From: a virus
Taxonomy: Duplodnaviria > Caudoviricetes
Direction: 5' to 3' (one strand)
DNA: 64,000 nt
Virus record (IMG/VR): IMGVR_UViG_2675903375_000003
Coordinates: 1-64,000 of that record
The notes below the pieces were generated by a model. That model worked only from the letters and a program-made list of their open reading frames with translations. It did not search any database and was not told the origin of the DNA. Of the stretch, positions 18,406 to 29,384 are shown piece after piece. Each line of letters opens with the position of its first letter. Position 1 is the stretch's first letter. A program made the translations under genes and the position numbers.

Positions 18406-18963
18406 ATGACCACCACCACGAAGAACGCCCGCCCCGCCCCGCCCGCGGCCGCCGTAGCCGCGGACGCGCACTGGGCGGCGAAGATGCAGCGCCTGCGGGA
18501 CCGCCACCTCGCCGAGACCACGTTCGTGATCTGCGACGACCAGCAGATCCGCACCCGGTACCTGCGCGCCCAGCGCGCCTTCGAACTCGCCTTCTCCTAC
18601 GCCGAGGACAACCCCGACGAGGACGAGGCCCGCACCGAACTCGCCAAGGCCACCGCCGACCGGGACGAAGCGAAGACCGCCTACGACGAGATCGCCATCC
18701 CCGTGAAGTTCCGGGCCCTGCCCAGGCCCGCCCTGGAAGCCCTGTACAAGGCCCACCCACCATCGGAGAGCGAAGCCGAGGACGGAGCGACCTGGGGCAA
18801 GACGTTCCCCGCCGCACTGATCGCCGCCGCCTCCGTCGACGGCATGACCGAAGCCGAGGCACAGGAACTCCTGGACTCCTGGTCCCTCGCCGAAGCCAAC
18901 GCCATGTTCAACGCCGCCCACGGAGTGCAGACCACCACCCGGTCCGACATGGGAAAAGACTGA
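18406..18963 (+). CDS. Tail assembly chaperone (gpG-like)
   Basis: Between tube and tape measure genes; ends in a slippery site. Confidence 0.8.
   Translation: MTTTTKNARPAPPAAAVAADAHWAAKMQRLRDRHLAETTFVICDDQQIRTRYLRAQRAFELAFSYAEDNPDEDEARTELAKATADRDEAKTAYDEIAIPVKFRALPRPALEALYKAHPPSESEAEDGATWGKTFPAALIAAASVDGMTEAEAQELLDSWSLAEANAMFNAAHGVQTTTRSDMGKD
18951..18957 (+). other. Programmed -1 frameshift site G-GGA-AAA
   Basis: X XXY YYZ heptamer just before the stop; the -1 frame is open to 19331. Confidence 0.85.
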
Positions 18964-19331
18964 TCCAGGATGAGCGCCTGCGTGCCGAACTCGCCCTGTG
19001 CCACCAGTGGGGCATCCCCCACTCCAAGTTCCGCGGCATCGGCGACGGCACCTGGAGCAGCCTGGACCGGGACAAAGCCCTCGCCTACGCGGCCCTCGAG
19101 CGCAGCCGCTGCCCGCAGTGCGGCACCCGCGAATCCGAATGGGTCGACGACCAGGGCGACTACGTCGACAGCTATGTCGCCGTCAGCCACAAGTGCTTCG
19201 GATGCGAAGAGATCGCCGTCAAGCAGCGGCAGATCCCCGAAGGGCAGGCCGGCGCCGGAATGAAAGTCCTGCTGCTGCCCGCGTCCGTGTACGCAGCCCA
19301 GCAACTCGCCGAGGAACTCGGTCTCACCTGA
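18951..19331 (+). CDS. Tail assembly chaperone frameshift extension (gpT-like, CxxC...CxxC)
   Basis: -1 frame reads RLIQDERLRAEL...CPQCG...CFGC with no start of its own. Confidence 0.75.
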   Translation, partial: GKRLIQDERLRAELALCHQWGIPHSKFRGIGDGTWSSLDRDKALAYAALERSRCPQCGTRESEWVDDQGDYVDSYVAVSHKCFGCEEIAVKQRQIPEGQAGAGMKVLLLPASVYAAQQLAEELGLT

Positions 19332-19362
19332 CCGGCAGCGAACGTAAGGAAGGAGGAGCACG

Positions 19363-22300
19363 GTGGCGAACTGGAACCTGTCGGTCGACCTGCGCGGCCA
19401 CGGCAACGACCTGGCGCAGGCCCTGAAGTCGTCCGCGAAGCACGCCCGCAGGCTCGCCACCGCCGCCCGCGACGCCAAGAACGACGTGAAAGAGCTGGGG
19501 CAGGCATCCCAGACCGCCTCCCGGCACGTGCGCAGCCTGGGCAGCGAAGCCCGCACCACCGCCCGCCGCCTGACCGCGCTGGGAGACGGCGCCCAGAACG
19601 CGGCCCGCCGGCTGGGCCGCTACGGCGACGCCGCCCAGCGCGCCAACCGGCACGTCAACTCCCTCGGCGACAACTCCCGCACCACCGGTCGGCAACTCGC
19701 CCGCATGTCCGGGCAGATCGACACCGCCGTACGGGACCTGCTGCGCCTGGCCCAGGCCGCGCAGCGCGCCGACGCCCGCCTGAACCGCGTCGGCGGCAGC
19801 ACCCGCGGCATGCGCCGCTACGCCGACGAGACCGGCCGCGCCCGCCGCGAGCTGATGTCGGTGGCGAACCTGCTGACCGGCGGCGCGTTCGCGATCGGCG
19901 GCGCCGAGCTGCTCAAGATGGGCGGCGAGTACCAGCAGGCCATGAACACCTTCGGTGCCGTCACCGGCGCCACCGCCATGCAGATGCAGCGGGCCGCCGC
20001 CACCGCCGACCAGCTCGGCAACGACCTGTCCCTGCCCGCGGCGTCCGCAACCGACGCCGCCGAAGCCATGGTCGAACTCGCCAAGGCCGGCTTCCGCACC
20101 GACCAGGCCATCTCCGCCACCCGGGCGTCCCTGCAGCTGGCGGCCGCCGCCCAGATCAACGCCGCCGACTCCGCGAAGTACCTCGGCGACATGATGGACC
20201 AGTTCGGGATGGGCGCCGACCAGGCGTCCGTGGCCGCCGACACCCTCGCCGCCACCGCCAACGCCGCCAGCGGCGACATCATCGACATCTACTACGCGAT
20301 GAAGTACGCCGGGCCCGTCGCCCACGGCCTCGGCGTCACCATGCAGGAAGCCGCGTCCGCGGTCGGCATGCTCGGCAAGGCCGGCATCCTCGGCCAGACC
20401 GCCGGCACCACCCTGCGCGGCATGATGGCCAACCTGGCCGCCCCCACCCCGCAGATGATCGAGGGCCTCAAGGCCATGGGCATCGAGGCGTGGGACGCAC
20501 AGGGCAACTTCAAGGGCCTGCGGCATGTGATCGACGGGCTGTCCAAGGCCCAGCACCACATGACGCAGCAGGACTTCGCGGCCGCGGTGAAGAAGTCCAT
20601 GGGCAAGCCCGCCATGTCCGGTGCGATCGCCCTGGCCCACCAGGGAGTCGACTCGTTCGACGCGCTGATGTCCGCGGTGTCCGACACCGGTGCCGCCTCC
20701 GACATCGCCGCCGCCAAGGGCAAGGGCCTGGCCGGCGCCATGCTGCAGCTGAAGACCCAGGCCAAGCAGACCGGCCTGACCATCTACGACGGTCTCGCGC
20801 CCGGACTTGAGTTCCTCACCCGCGGCACCACCAGCCTCCTCGCCCGCGCCACCCCGAAGATCAAACAGTTCTTCGACTACTTCAACGACGCGGCAACCCT
20901 GTTCGGCCCCGACCTCGCGGCTGCCGCCCGCGAGGAACTCGCCGGGATCGCCGACGCCGCCGCCGACCTCGCTGGACCGTTCAAGGACCTCGGCACCGAC
21001 GCGCTCGCCGCACTTCTCCACCTCCTGATGACCGGCGGAACACTCGCCGCTGAGGTCCTGTCCGCGCTCGCCGACGGCGCCGAGCCTGTCGTCGACGCCC
21101 TGAGCGGACTGACCGGGGAAGGGAACACGGCCGCCACCACCCTGGACCTGGTCGTCACCGTCCTGGACCTGGCCGCCACCGCCGCCGGAGCCCTCGCCGG
21201 CGCCCTCGGGCCGCTCGGGCACCTGGTCGGCGGCCTGGTGTCGATGTTCGCGGCGCTGCCCGGACCGATCCAGCAGTTCGTCCTGGCCGCGCTGCTGGTC
21301 CGCCGCCTCCAGCCCGGCATGGCCGGACTGGCCTCCACCGTGTCCGGGCGGGTCACCGGCGCCTTCCGCTCCCTGAACCAGCAGATGGCGGTCCAGCGCA
21401 GCCTCGCCGCAGCCTCCGGAATGACGATCTCCCGCTACGGCGCGGCCTTCGCCGTCCTGCAGACCCGCGTCCCGGTCATCGGCCGCATGGGGGACGCGTT
21501 CCGCACCGCGCAGAGCCACGCCACCGGATTCGCCGGCACCCTGCGCGGCATCGGCGCCGCCTCCGCGAGCGCCGCCCGGTCCATGGGCTCCGGCCTCATG
21601 GGCGCCCTCGGCGGGCCGTGGGGCCTGGCCATCACCGCAGCCACCGTCGGCCTAGGCGTCCTCGCCAGCAGGCAGCAGCAGGCCGCCGCGGCGGCCGCCG
21701 AACACCAGAACCAGATCCAGTCCCTGTCGCAGGCGCTCCGCGAATCCAACGGCGTCGTCGACGAGTCGGTGCGCGCCATCGCCACCGAGAACCTGATGAA
21801 CACCAAGGTCAAGACGACCCTGGACGGGCAGCAGCGACTGGTCGATCTGGCCCGCAAGGCCAAGGTGCCGATGTCGGACCTGGTGGACGCCTACACCAAC
21901 CAGGGCACGTCCCTGTCGCGGCTGCAGCGGGAACTGAAAGCCACCGCGGCTGCGCAGACCACGATCGCGATGGACCCGGAGACCGGTCAGTCCGGCAAGG
22001 CCCTCACCGTCCAGGGCCGCGCGGCCACCGACCTCCGCAAGAGCCTGGGCGGCCTGTCCGGCGACTTCAAGAAGGCCGCCGCGGACGCCCGGGACTACAA
22101 CAACGGCGTCAAGGGCGCTGGCGACGGCGTGTCCGCCTACAGCCGTCTGAAGGACGCGGTCGGTGCCCTCGCCGACAAGACCGCCGACGCCGACTCCCGC
22201 ACCCGCGCCCTGCGGGACGCCCTGGACCTGCTGTCGGGCGGCAGCGTGTCGCTGCAGGCGGCGCAGGCCCGGGTCAACGAGGCGGTCACCAACGCCACCG

Positions 22301-24645
22301 AGGCCATGCAGGGAGGCATCGACAAGGCGGACGGTTGGGGCAAGGCACTGCTGAAGACGAACGGGCAGCTGGACACCACCAGCAAGAACGGCCAGGCCCT
22401 GTTCAACACGCTGAACACGATCTCTGACGGTTCGGCGTCGGCGTCGATCGCCGCGTTCGACTTCGCGCAGTCGCAGGGCAAGAGCCTGCCCGACTCGCTG
22501 AAGGCGGCCCGCAGCGAGATGGAGAAGAACCGGGCCGCCGCGATCGGCCTGGCGAAGGACTACGGGCTGAACGCGGAGCAGGCCGCCCGGGTCGCCGACT
22601 CCATGGGCCTGATCCCCGGGCAGGTGTCGATCCTGCTGCAGACGCAGGGCGTCGACCAGACCCTGGCCGAGCTCCTCGCGGTGCAGGCCGAGTTCGAGCA
22701 GACCCCCGACAGCAAGACCATCAAGGTCGACGCGCTCGGCGACGAGGCGAAGAAGGAACTCGAAGACCTCGGCTACAAGATCAAACTCATTCCCGGCACC
22801 CGCGAATACAAGATCACAGCGCCGACGGATGAAGCCCGCCGCCAGCTGGACCTGCTGATCGGGAAGCTGGGCTCCACCAACGGCAAGAACATCAAGGTCG
22901 ACGCCGACGTCCAGGAGACGATCGCCGACCTGGAGGCGGTCAAGAAGAAAGTCGCCTCCACCAAGGGCAAGACCATCACGATGAGGGCGCCGACTGCGGC
23001 GGCCCGTGAGGAACTCGAAGCCCTCGGCTTCAAGATCCGCAACACCAAGGGCAAGAACGTCGTCATCACCGTGCCCACCGGATCCCAGCGGGCGGGCGTG
23101 GACGGGCTGCGCGGGGCCATCAACTCCCTGCGCGACAGGTCGATCACCGTCACCACCCGGCACGTCACCATCAACGAGACCGTCAACAAGACCGCCGGCA
23201 GTCTCGCCGACGCGCTGCGCAAGCAGGCCAGGAACGCCCGGAAGAACGCCGACGGCGGCGTGTTCGACTACTTCAACGACGGCGGCATCCAGCGCGGCGG
23301 CATCCAGCACTTCGCGAAAGGCTCCGAGAACCACGTCGCCCAGATCGCCCCCGGCGGATCCTGGCGGGTATGGGCGGAGGACGAGACCCAGGGCGAGGGC
23401 TACGTCCCCTTCGCCCGGTCCAAGCGGCCCCGCTCCCGCGCCATCACCGAGGAGATCGTCCGCCGACTCGGCGGCGACCCGGCCGGAATCCAGTGGAACG
23501 CCGACGGCTCCGTCACCGACTGGCGCTACGACCCGCAGACCGGCTCCCTGTACTCCTCCTCCGACGCCGGCGCCGCAGGCCACAAGACGAAGAAGGTGAA
23601 GATCAAGGGCAAGGTCAAGGAGATCGAGTACTTCGACGTCGGTGCCGTCGAGAAGAAACTGAAGTCCGCGGGCAAGGCCACCCAGGCGTGGAACAAGGAC
23701 CTGGAGAAGGTCGCCGACCGGGTCGGCGGGGACGTCGCCGAAGCGCTCGCCGCGATGGGCGAGGACGGCGTGAAACTCGCCGACAAGATGGCCAAGGGCT
23801 CCACCAAGTACATCAACCAGATGGCCAAGGCCCTCCGCGACCTGCAGAAGACAGCGAAGGCGTCCCTGACCGACTACACCCGGCAGCTGGACAAGGCCAA
23901 CAAGCTCGACAAGACGTTCTCCGACAACCTGGCCAAGCTGGCCGCGCAAGGGTACGGGGACCTCGCCGCCCAGCTGGCCGAGCAGAACGACGAGGCCGCC
24001 ATGGACCTCGCGGCCGCCGCGGTCAAGGACAAGGGCAAGGCGGGCAAGGCCAACAAGGCAGCCAAGACCGCGAACAATGCGCTGACCGCGGACCAGGTGT
24101 CCCAGCTGGTGTCCATCATCGCCGGGATCAAGAACAGCAAGACCGGCATCCACGACGTCGCCGCCACCACCGGCCTCGGCGAGGACGACATCATCGCTGT
24201 CGCCACCAAGGCCACCAAGCAGATCAAGTCGGCGCTCGGTTCCCGCGCCGGCCGGTTCCTCGCCGACCTCGCCAAGGCGCAGAAGGGGATGGCCTACGAG
24301 AACGGCGGCATCCGCGCGGGCATGTACGCCACCCAGGCCGGGATCATCCGCTTCGCCGAACCGTCCACGCACGGCGAGGCGTACGTGCCGTTCGCGCCGT
24401 CCAAGCGGGGAGCGGCCACCTCCGTCCTCGCCGACGTCGCCGGCCGCTTCGGCTACGGCCTCACCCCCGCCGCCGGGGCGGGCGGGCAGGTCGTCATCAT
24501 CCGCGAGAAGGCCCCGCTGGTCGGCTCCCAGACCTGGCACGTGACCTCCGGCGGCAGCGCCGACGACACCGCCCGCAAGGTCGACGCCAACAACAGCTAC
24601 CAGCTGCGGCGCCTGGCGCGCGGCGGAGTCGGAGCACGCGGATGA
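19363..24645 (+). CDS. Tail tape measure protein
   Basis: 1760 aa, Ala-rich, TP901-type core (ELAKAG, AGTTLRG) and GGPWG motif. Confidence 0.95.
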   Translation: MANWNLSVDLRGHGNDLAQALKSSAKHARRLATAARDAKNDVKELGQASQTASRHVRSLGSEARTTARRLTALGDGAQNAARRLGRYGDAAQRANRHVNSLGDNSRTTGRQLARMSGQIDTAVRDLLRLAQAAQRADARLNRVGGSTRGMRRYADETGRARRELMSVANLLTGGAFAIGGAELLKMGGEYQQAMNTFGAVTGATAMQMQRAAATADQLGNDLSLPAASATDAAEAMVELAKAGFRTDQAISATRASLQLAAAAQINAADSAKYLGDMMDQFGMGADQASVAADTLAATANAASGDIIDIYYAMKYAGPVAHGLGVTMQEAASAVGMLGKAGILGQTAGTTLRGMMANLAAPTPQMIEGLKAMGIEAWDAQGNFKGLRHVIDGLSKAQHHMTQQDFAAAVKKSMGKPAMSGAIALAHQGVDSFDALMSAVSDTGAASDIAAAKGKGLAGAMLQLKTQAKQTGLTIYDGLAPGLEFLTRGTTSLLARATPKIKQFFDYFNDAATLFGPDLAAAAREELAGIADAAADLAGPFKDLGTDALAALLHLLMTGGTLAAEVLSALADGAEPVVDALSGLTGEGNTAATTLDLVVTVLDLAATAAGALAGALGPLGHLVGGLVSMFAALPGPIQQFVLAALLVRRLQPGMAGLASTVSGRVTGAFRSLNQQMAVQRSLAAASGMTISRYGAAFAVLQTRVPVIGRMGDAFRTAQSHATGFAGTLRGIGAASASAARSMGSGLMGALGGPWGLAITAATVGLGVLASRQQQAAAAAAEHQNQIQSLSQALRESNGVVDESVRAIATENLMNTKVKTTLDGQQRLVDLARKAKVPMSDLVDAYTNQGTSLSRLQRELKATAAAQTTIAMDPETGQSGKALTVQGRAATDLRKSLGGLSGDFKKAAADARDYNNGVKGAGDGVSAYSRLKDAVGALADKTADADSRTRALRDALDLLSGGSVSLQAAQARVNEAVTNATEAMQGGIDKADGWGKALLKTNGQLDTTSKNGQALFNTLNTISDGSASASIAAFDFAQSQGKSLPDSLKAARSEMEKNRAAAIGLAKDYGLNAEQAARVADSMGLIPGQVSILLQTQGVDQTLAELLAVQAEFEQTPDSKTIKVDALGDEAKKELEDLGYKIKLIPGTREYKITAPTDEARRQLDLLIGKLGSTNGKNIKVDADVQETIADLEAVKKKVASTKGKTITMRAPTAAAREELEALGFKIRNTKGKNVVITVPTGSQRAGVDGLRGAINSLRDRSITVTTRHVTINETVNKTAGSLADALRKQARNARKNADGGVFDYFNDGGIQRGGIQHFAKGSENHVAQIAPGGSWRVWAEDETQGEGYVPFARSKRPRSRAITEEIVRRLGGDPAGIQWNADGSVTDWRYDPQTGSLYSSSDAGAAGHKTKKVKIKGKVKEIEYFDVGAVEKKLKSAGKATQAWNKDLEKVADRVGGDVAEALAAMGEDGVKLADKMAKGSTKYINQMAKALRDLQKTAKASLTDYTRQLDKANKLDKTFSDNLAKLAAQGYGDLAAQLAEQNDEAAMDLAAAAVKDKGKAGKANKAAKTANNALTADQVSQLVSIIAGIKNSKTGIHDVAATTGLGEDDIIAVATKATKQIKSALGSRAGRFLADLAKAQKGMAYENGGIRAGMYATQAGIIRFAEPSTHGEAYVPFAPSKRGAATSVLADVAGRFGYGLTPAAGAGGQVVIIREKAPLVGSQTWHVTSGGSADDTARKVDANNSYQLRRLARGGVGARG

Positions 24646-25538
24646 GCAGCCCCGTCGAACTCGACGACAACCAGCACCAGCTCGGCACCGTCCTCATCGG
24701 CGCCGGCACGCCGGTCCGGATCGCCGCGATCGAAGGGCTCGGGCAGCCCGAACTGCGCACCCAGGACGTGGAGCCGCCCGGCGAGGACGGGCTGTGGATC
24801 GGAGCCGACTACTACAGCGGCCGCACCGTCCGTATCGACGCCGGCATCAAAACCCCCGGCAGCCAGGACGAGGCCCTCACCGTCCTCGCCGCCCTGCAGG
24901 TCGACGCGGCCAGTGCCGCGGTGCGCGGATCCGGCGGCACCACCATGGACCTGCGGCTGAAGTTCCCCGGCCGGGACGCCCGCGTCGTCCGCGGCCGCCT
25001 CCGCAAACTCGCCCCCGACCTCGCCAAGTCCATCCACGGCTGGATCCCCCTCGACCTGGAATTCCAGGGCCAGGACCACCTCTTCTACGCCGACACCGCA
25101 GAGTCCACGTCCATGCCGCTGGGCTCCCTCACCGAGGGCGGCATGACGTTCCCCCTGCAGTTCCCGTTCACCATCGCCGCCGAAGCCTCCGCGATCGCCC
25201 GACCCGGATACCTCCAGGTCGACGGCACCGCCCCCACCTGGCCGGTCCTCCGCGTCAACGGCCCGTGCGCCAACCCCACCATCACCCACATCGGATCCGG
25301 CCGGTCCCTCACCGTGCAGACCACCCTCGCCGCGGGGGAGTGGGTGGAGCTCGACACCCGGCCCGGCTGGCGGACCGTGCTCCGCAACAACGGCGGCGGC
25401 GCCCCCCTCACCCCCGCCTCCCGCATCGACCAGTTCGTCCTCACCCCCGGACTGAACGAGATCCGCTGGTCCGCGACCGACCTGACCCTGTCCTCCACCC
25501 TGGCCGTCACCTGGTGGCCGGCCTACACCTCCCTGTAA
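24642..25538 (+). CDS. Distal tail protein (Dit)
   Basis: After the tape measure; GTAPTWP..GP..NP and LTPGLNEI motifs. Confidence 0.75.
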   Translation: MSSPVELDDNQHQLGTVLIGAGTPVRIAAIEGLGQPELRTQDVEPPGEDGLWIGADYYSGRTVRIDAGIKTPGSQDEALTVLAALQVDAASAAVRGSGGTTMDLRLKFPGRDARVVRGRLRKLAPDLAKSIHGWIPLDLEFQGQDHLFYADTAESTSMPLGSLTEGGMTFPLQFPFTIAAEASAIARPGYLQVDGTAPTWPVLRVNGPCANPTITHIGSGRSLTVQTTLAAGEWVELDTRPGWRTVLRNNGGGAPLTPASRIDQFVLTPGLNEIRWSATDLTLSSTLAVTWWPAYTSL

Positions 25539-25548
25539 GGCGACCGCC

Positions 25549-26502
25549 ATGACGCTGAGCCCGATCCCGATCGCCACCACCGGCGGCGAGCACACCGCCC
25601 AGCAGTTCCGCATGATGATCAAAGACCTGGCGCGGGACCAGCAGGGCGTCACCACCGGCCTCGACCTGAAGGTCACCGCCCTCGCCACGCCCGGCGCCGG
25701 CGTGCAGGTCTCCGACGGCTCCGCCGTCATCGCCGGCAAGGTCTCCACCGTCCAGGGGCACTACTCCGCCTACAACATCGGCGCCGACACCGTCGCCATC
25801 TCCGCGACCGGCGGCACCGGCCGCTCCGACATGCTCGTCCTGCGCGTCGAGGACCCCGACTACGAAGGCACCCGCGACCCCGAAACCGACCCGATCGTGT
25901 TCTTCGAGGTCGTCTCCAACGTCTCCTCGTCCGCCACCACGGCGCCGTCCGGATACTCGGCGATCCCGTTGGCCCGCATCGACATCCCCGCCTCCACCGC
26001 CACCATCACCAACGCGATGATCGTGGACCTGCGGAAAGTCGCCAACCCGCGCCGCGAACGCCTCCTGGAGACGTACTACGCCTCCGACCCGCTGGTGGAG
26101 ATCTCCGGCACGTCCGAGACGTGGAAGACCCACCCCAACCTCACCATGAAGACCCTCGCCATCCCCGCCTGGGCGAAGTCCGCGAAGGTCGTGTTCACCG
26201 CCGCCGGGATCCGCCTCGTCGACGGCAACGTCTTCGGCGGATTCCGGTTCATGCTGGGCACCGAAGAAGCCGCCCAGTGGGTCAACATCGACGACAACCA
26301 GGGCAGCCCCGCCCGCCGCATCCACGCCCTCACGATGGCCGAGACCATCGACCTGACCACCACCACCGGCGCCGCGATGCGCGGCACCAACCAGGCGTTC
26401 AAGGCCCGCATGCGCACCCGCACCACGAACGCCGGAAAGATCGGCGTCGACGGAGCCACCAGCTTCATCATCGACGTCGAGTTCCAAGAGGGCGCCATCT
26501 GA
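25549..26502 (+). CDS. Minor tail protein
   Basis: RSDMLVLRVED...IPLARIDIPA...IVDLR baseplate-type motif. Confidence 0.7.
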   Translation: MTLSPIPIATTGGEHTAQQFRMMIKDLARDQQGVTTGLDLKVTALATPGAGVQVSDGSAVIAGKVSTVQGHYSAYNIGADTVAISATGGTGRSDMLVLRVEDPDYEGTRDPETDPIVFFEVVSNVSSSATTAPSGYSAIPLARIDIPASTATITNAMIVDLRKVANPRRERLLETYYASDPLVEISGTSETWKTHPNLTMKTLAIPAWAKSAKVVFTAAGIRLVDGNVFGGFRFMLGTEEAAQWVNIDDNQGSPARRIHALTMAETIDLTTTTGAAMRGTNQAFKARMRTRTTNAGKIGVDGATSFIIDVEFQEGAI

Positions 26503-27599
26503 TGACCGCCCGGTGGCGCTACTTCACCCAGCACGCTCTCACCGGGCAGGTGCTGCACCCGGCGCTGCCCCTGTCCGGCGTCGAGTTCGGCAACGAACTC
26601 AACGGACCCGGATCGTTCTCCGCCACGATCTCCCCGCGCTGGCTGAAGGCCAACCCGGACGTCGTCGACCCCGCCACCGCCCTCATCTACGCCGAAGCCG
26701 ACGGGTTCCTGCGCTGGGGCGGACTCGTCTGGGACGCCACCGCCACCGCCTCCGAATACAAGATCGAGGCCGCAGGCTGGTCGTCCTACCTCAACAAACG
26801 GCACGACCTCCACGGCGAACTCGGCGGCCGCGGCCCCTACGTGTACCAGGACCCGTGCGTCATCATCCGCGACCTGTGGGCGTACGCGCAGGAACAACCC
26901 GACGGCAACCTGAACGTCGTCGTCGACTCCACCACCTCCACCGCCAAGGCCGGCACCCCGGCCGAACCGTGGCACTCCTACTGGTACGAGACCCCCGTCC
27001 TCGGCGACCACCTCGACGACCTCGTCTCCGAAGAAGGCGCACCGCAGTACACCAACGCCTGCCACTACCAGACCAACGGCACCATCCGCCGCCGCCTGAT
27101 CCTCGGCTACCCCCGCCTCGGCGCCCGCCGCACCGACATCAGCTTCAAATCCGGGGTGAACATCGTCGACTCCCCGCCCGTCAACCGGTCCGGCGACGAC
27201 TACGCCAACACCGTCATCGGCACCGGCTCCGGCGAAGGCACCGCCACCCGCTTCGCCGTCAACGCCGTCCGTGACGGCCGGCTCCGCATGGAATCCGTCC
27301 TCGCCCTGCCCACCGTCAACGGCAAGGACGTCCTCGGCCGCAGAATCGCCGCCGAACGCAAACGCCGCCAGATCATGGGACAGGTCGAACAGATCACCAT
27401 CCGCGACCACCCCAACGCCCCCCTCGGTTCCTGGCAGATCGGCGACGACGTCCACGTCTCCGTCCACAACGAATGGACGTCGTTCACCGGCTGGTCACGG
27501 ATCACCGCAGACTCCTACCGGCCCGGCGACACCCCCGACCAGGCCGTCCTCACCCTGCGCCGCGCCGACACCTTCCACTACGGCTCCCCGGAGACCTGA
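26502..27599 (+). CDS. Minor tail / baseplate hub protein
   Basis: LNGPGSF, WGGLV and YANTVIGTGSGEG motifs; TGATG coupling. Confidence 0.7.
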   Translation: MTARWRYFTQHALTGQVLHPALPLSGVEFGNELNGPGSFSATISPRWLKANPDVVDPATALIYAEADGFLRWGGLVWDATATASEYKIEAAGWSSYLNKRHDLHGELGGRGPYVYQDPCVIIRDLWAYAQEQPDGNLNVVVDSTTSTAKAGTPAEPWHSYWYETPVLGDHLDDLVSEEGAPQYTNACHYQTNGTIRRRLILGYPRLGARRTDISFKSGVNIVDSPPVNRSGDDYANTVIGTGSGEGTATRFAVNAVRDGRLRMESVLALPTVNGKDVLGRRIAAERKRRQIMGQVEQITIRDHPNAPLGSWQIGDDVHVSVHNEWTSFTGWSRITADSYRPGDTPDQAVLTLRRADTFHYGSPET

Positions 27600-29368
27600 T
27601 GTACAACTCCCTGGCTCTCGAGGTCGCCCGGCTGCGCCGCGACGTCGCACAGGTCAAGAAGGGGCAGCGGCTGGCGCACGGCGCGTCCATCGAGGACAGC
27701 GCCCTGGAGGTACGCGACGACAGCGGCAGCCTGCGCGCGATCGTCGGCCAGCAGGGCGACGGCACCACCGCCGTCACCATCGTCAACGGTCCCCCGCCGC
27801 CGCAGCCCACCGACCCGGTCGTCGCCTCCGTCCTCGGCGGCGTCACCGCCTCCTGGACAGGCACATTCGCAGGCGGGGCCGTCCTGCCGCTGGACTGGCA
27901 GCGCGTCGAGGTCCACGCCTCCACCGCCTCCACCTACGACCCCACCGCGGCCACGCTGCAGGCCACGATCGAGACCGCCCAGGGCGGCACCGTCGTCGTT
28001 CCCTGCGACGACCCCGTCTACGTCCGGCTGGTGGCCCGCAACACCTCCGGCACCGCCGGCACCCCCTCCGGCACCGTCGGCCCGTTCGGACCCACCCCGG
28101 TCGTCGCCGACGACATCCTCGACGGCATCGTCACCGAACTGAAACTCGCCGACGAAGCCGTCACCGAAGCGAAGATCGCCGCGAACGCCGTCACCGACGA
28201 GAAAATCATCGCCGGAGCGATCCTCGCCGGGCACATCGCTGCCGGCGCCGTCGTCACCGACAAACTCGCGGCCGAAGCGGTCACCGCAGCGAAGATCGCA
28301 GCCCTCGCGATCACCACCGACAAACTCGAAGCCAACGCCGTCACCACCGGCAAACTCGCCGCCGGATCCGTCGACGCCACCGCCATCGCCGCCACCGCCA
28401 TCACCGGAAAAACCATCACAGGCGGCACCATCACCGGCACCACAATGACCGGAGGACTGATCCAGACAGCCTCCTCCGGACAGCGCATCACCCTCAACGA
28501 AGCAGGCGCCAACAAGGTCATCGTCTACAACAGCAGCGGCGTAGCGATCGGTGAACTCTCCGCGCAGGGCCTCCTCGTCAAGGGAAGCACCGGAGCCGTC
28601 CTCTGGCTCAACCCGAACGCCACCTACCCGCAGCTGAACCTGTACAACGCGGCCAACACCAGCAAAGCAACCATCCAGGTCACCGAGCCCACCACCGGCG
28701 ACGCCAACCTGGAAACGTTCTGCGGACCGTTCACCGGCAGCGGCCACTCAGACATGACCTGGCGCTCCTACCTGGCCCGTGACGCCGCCACCATAGAACG
28801 CGTACGGGCCGCCGCGGACGGCACCGTCATCGGCGGCCGACTCGCCCTCTTCAACGACGAGGCCAACATCGGCTTCAAGAACACCGCCGACCCGACACAG
28901 GACACGAACCTCTTCATCGAAGCCGGCAACGCGATGCTGACCGGCGGCCGCCTCCAGATCATCCCCGTCGCGTCCGCAAGCAGCTGCCTCTACGTCGAAG
29001 CAGCAGCCGCCCACACCGGGAACCTGCTGCGCCTGTTCCGCGACGCCATCGACCGCTTCAAAGTCGACGCCGCGGGCAACGCGACCGCGTCCGGCGCCGT
29101 CATGGCCGGCAACATCCGCGCATCCCGCACCTCCTGCCCCGCCCCCGGCGCCGGAGGCGGCACCACCACCGCCACCGTCACCTTCTCCGTCCCCATGACC
29201 AACACCCCCCGCGTCGTCCTCACCCCCGACACCACCGTCGACCCGGCCACCGTCACCATCCGCGCCTACGCCGACAGCATCTCCACCACCGGCTTCACCA
29301 TCCGCTGCTACCGGTCCACCAACTCCTCCACCAACGTCAACTGGGTCGCTATCAGCGACCCCGCCTAA
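27599..29368 (+). CDS. Tail fibre / receptor-binding protein
   Basis: About eight 10-aa AVTxxKIAAx repeats; C-terminal VTF..P.V..T...GFT...NWVA domain. Confidence 0.7.
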   Translation: MYNSLALEVARLRRDVAQVKKGQRLAHGASIEDSALEVRDDSGSLRAIVGQQGDGTTAVTIVNGPPPPQPTDPVVASVLGGVTASWTGTFAGGAVLPLDWQRVEVHASTASTYDPTAATLQATIETAQGGTVVVPCDDPVYVRLVARNTSGTAGTPSGTVGPFGPTPVVADDILDGIVTELKLADEAVTEAKIAANAVTDEKIIAGAILAGHIAAGAVVTDKLAAEAVTAAKIAALAITTDKLEANAVTTGKLAAGSVDATAIAATAITGKTITGGTITGTTMTGGLIQTASSGQRITLNEAGANKVIVYNSSGVAIGELSAQGLLVKGSTGAVLWLNPNATYPQLNLYNAANTSKATIQVTEPTTGDANLETFCGPFTGSGHSDMTWRSYLARDAATIERVRAAADGTVIGGRLALFNDEANIGFKNTADPTQDTNLFIEAGNAMLTGGRLQIIPVASASSCLYVEAAAAHTGNLLRLFRDAIDRFKVDAAGNATASGAVMAGNIRASRTSCPAPGAGGGTTTATVTFSVPMTNTPRVVLTPDTTVDPATVTIRAYADSISTTGFTIRCYRSTNSSTNVNWVAISDPA

Positions 29369-29384
29369 CCCGGAAGGAACCCGC

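Noticed and set aside
19324-24540. Long antisense ORFs (731 and 962 aa) and similar shadow ORFs elsewhere
   Set aside because: Expected artefact of high-GC codon bias opposite real genes; no motifs or RBS
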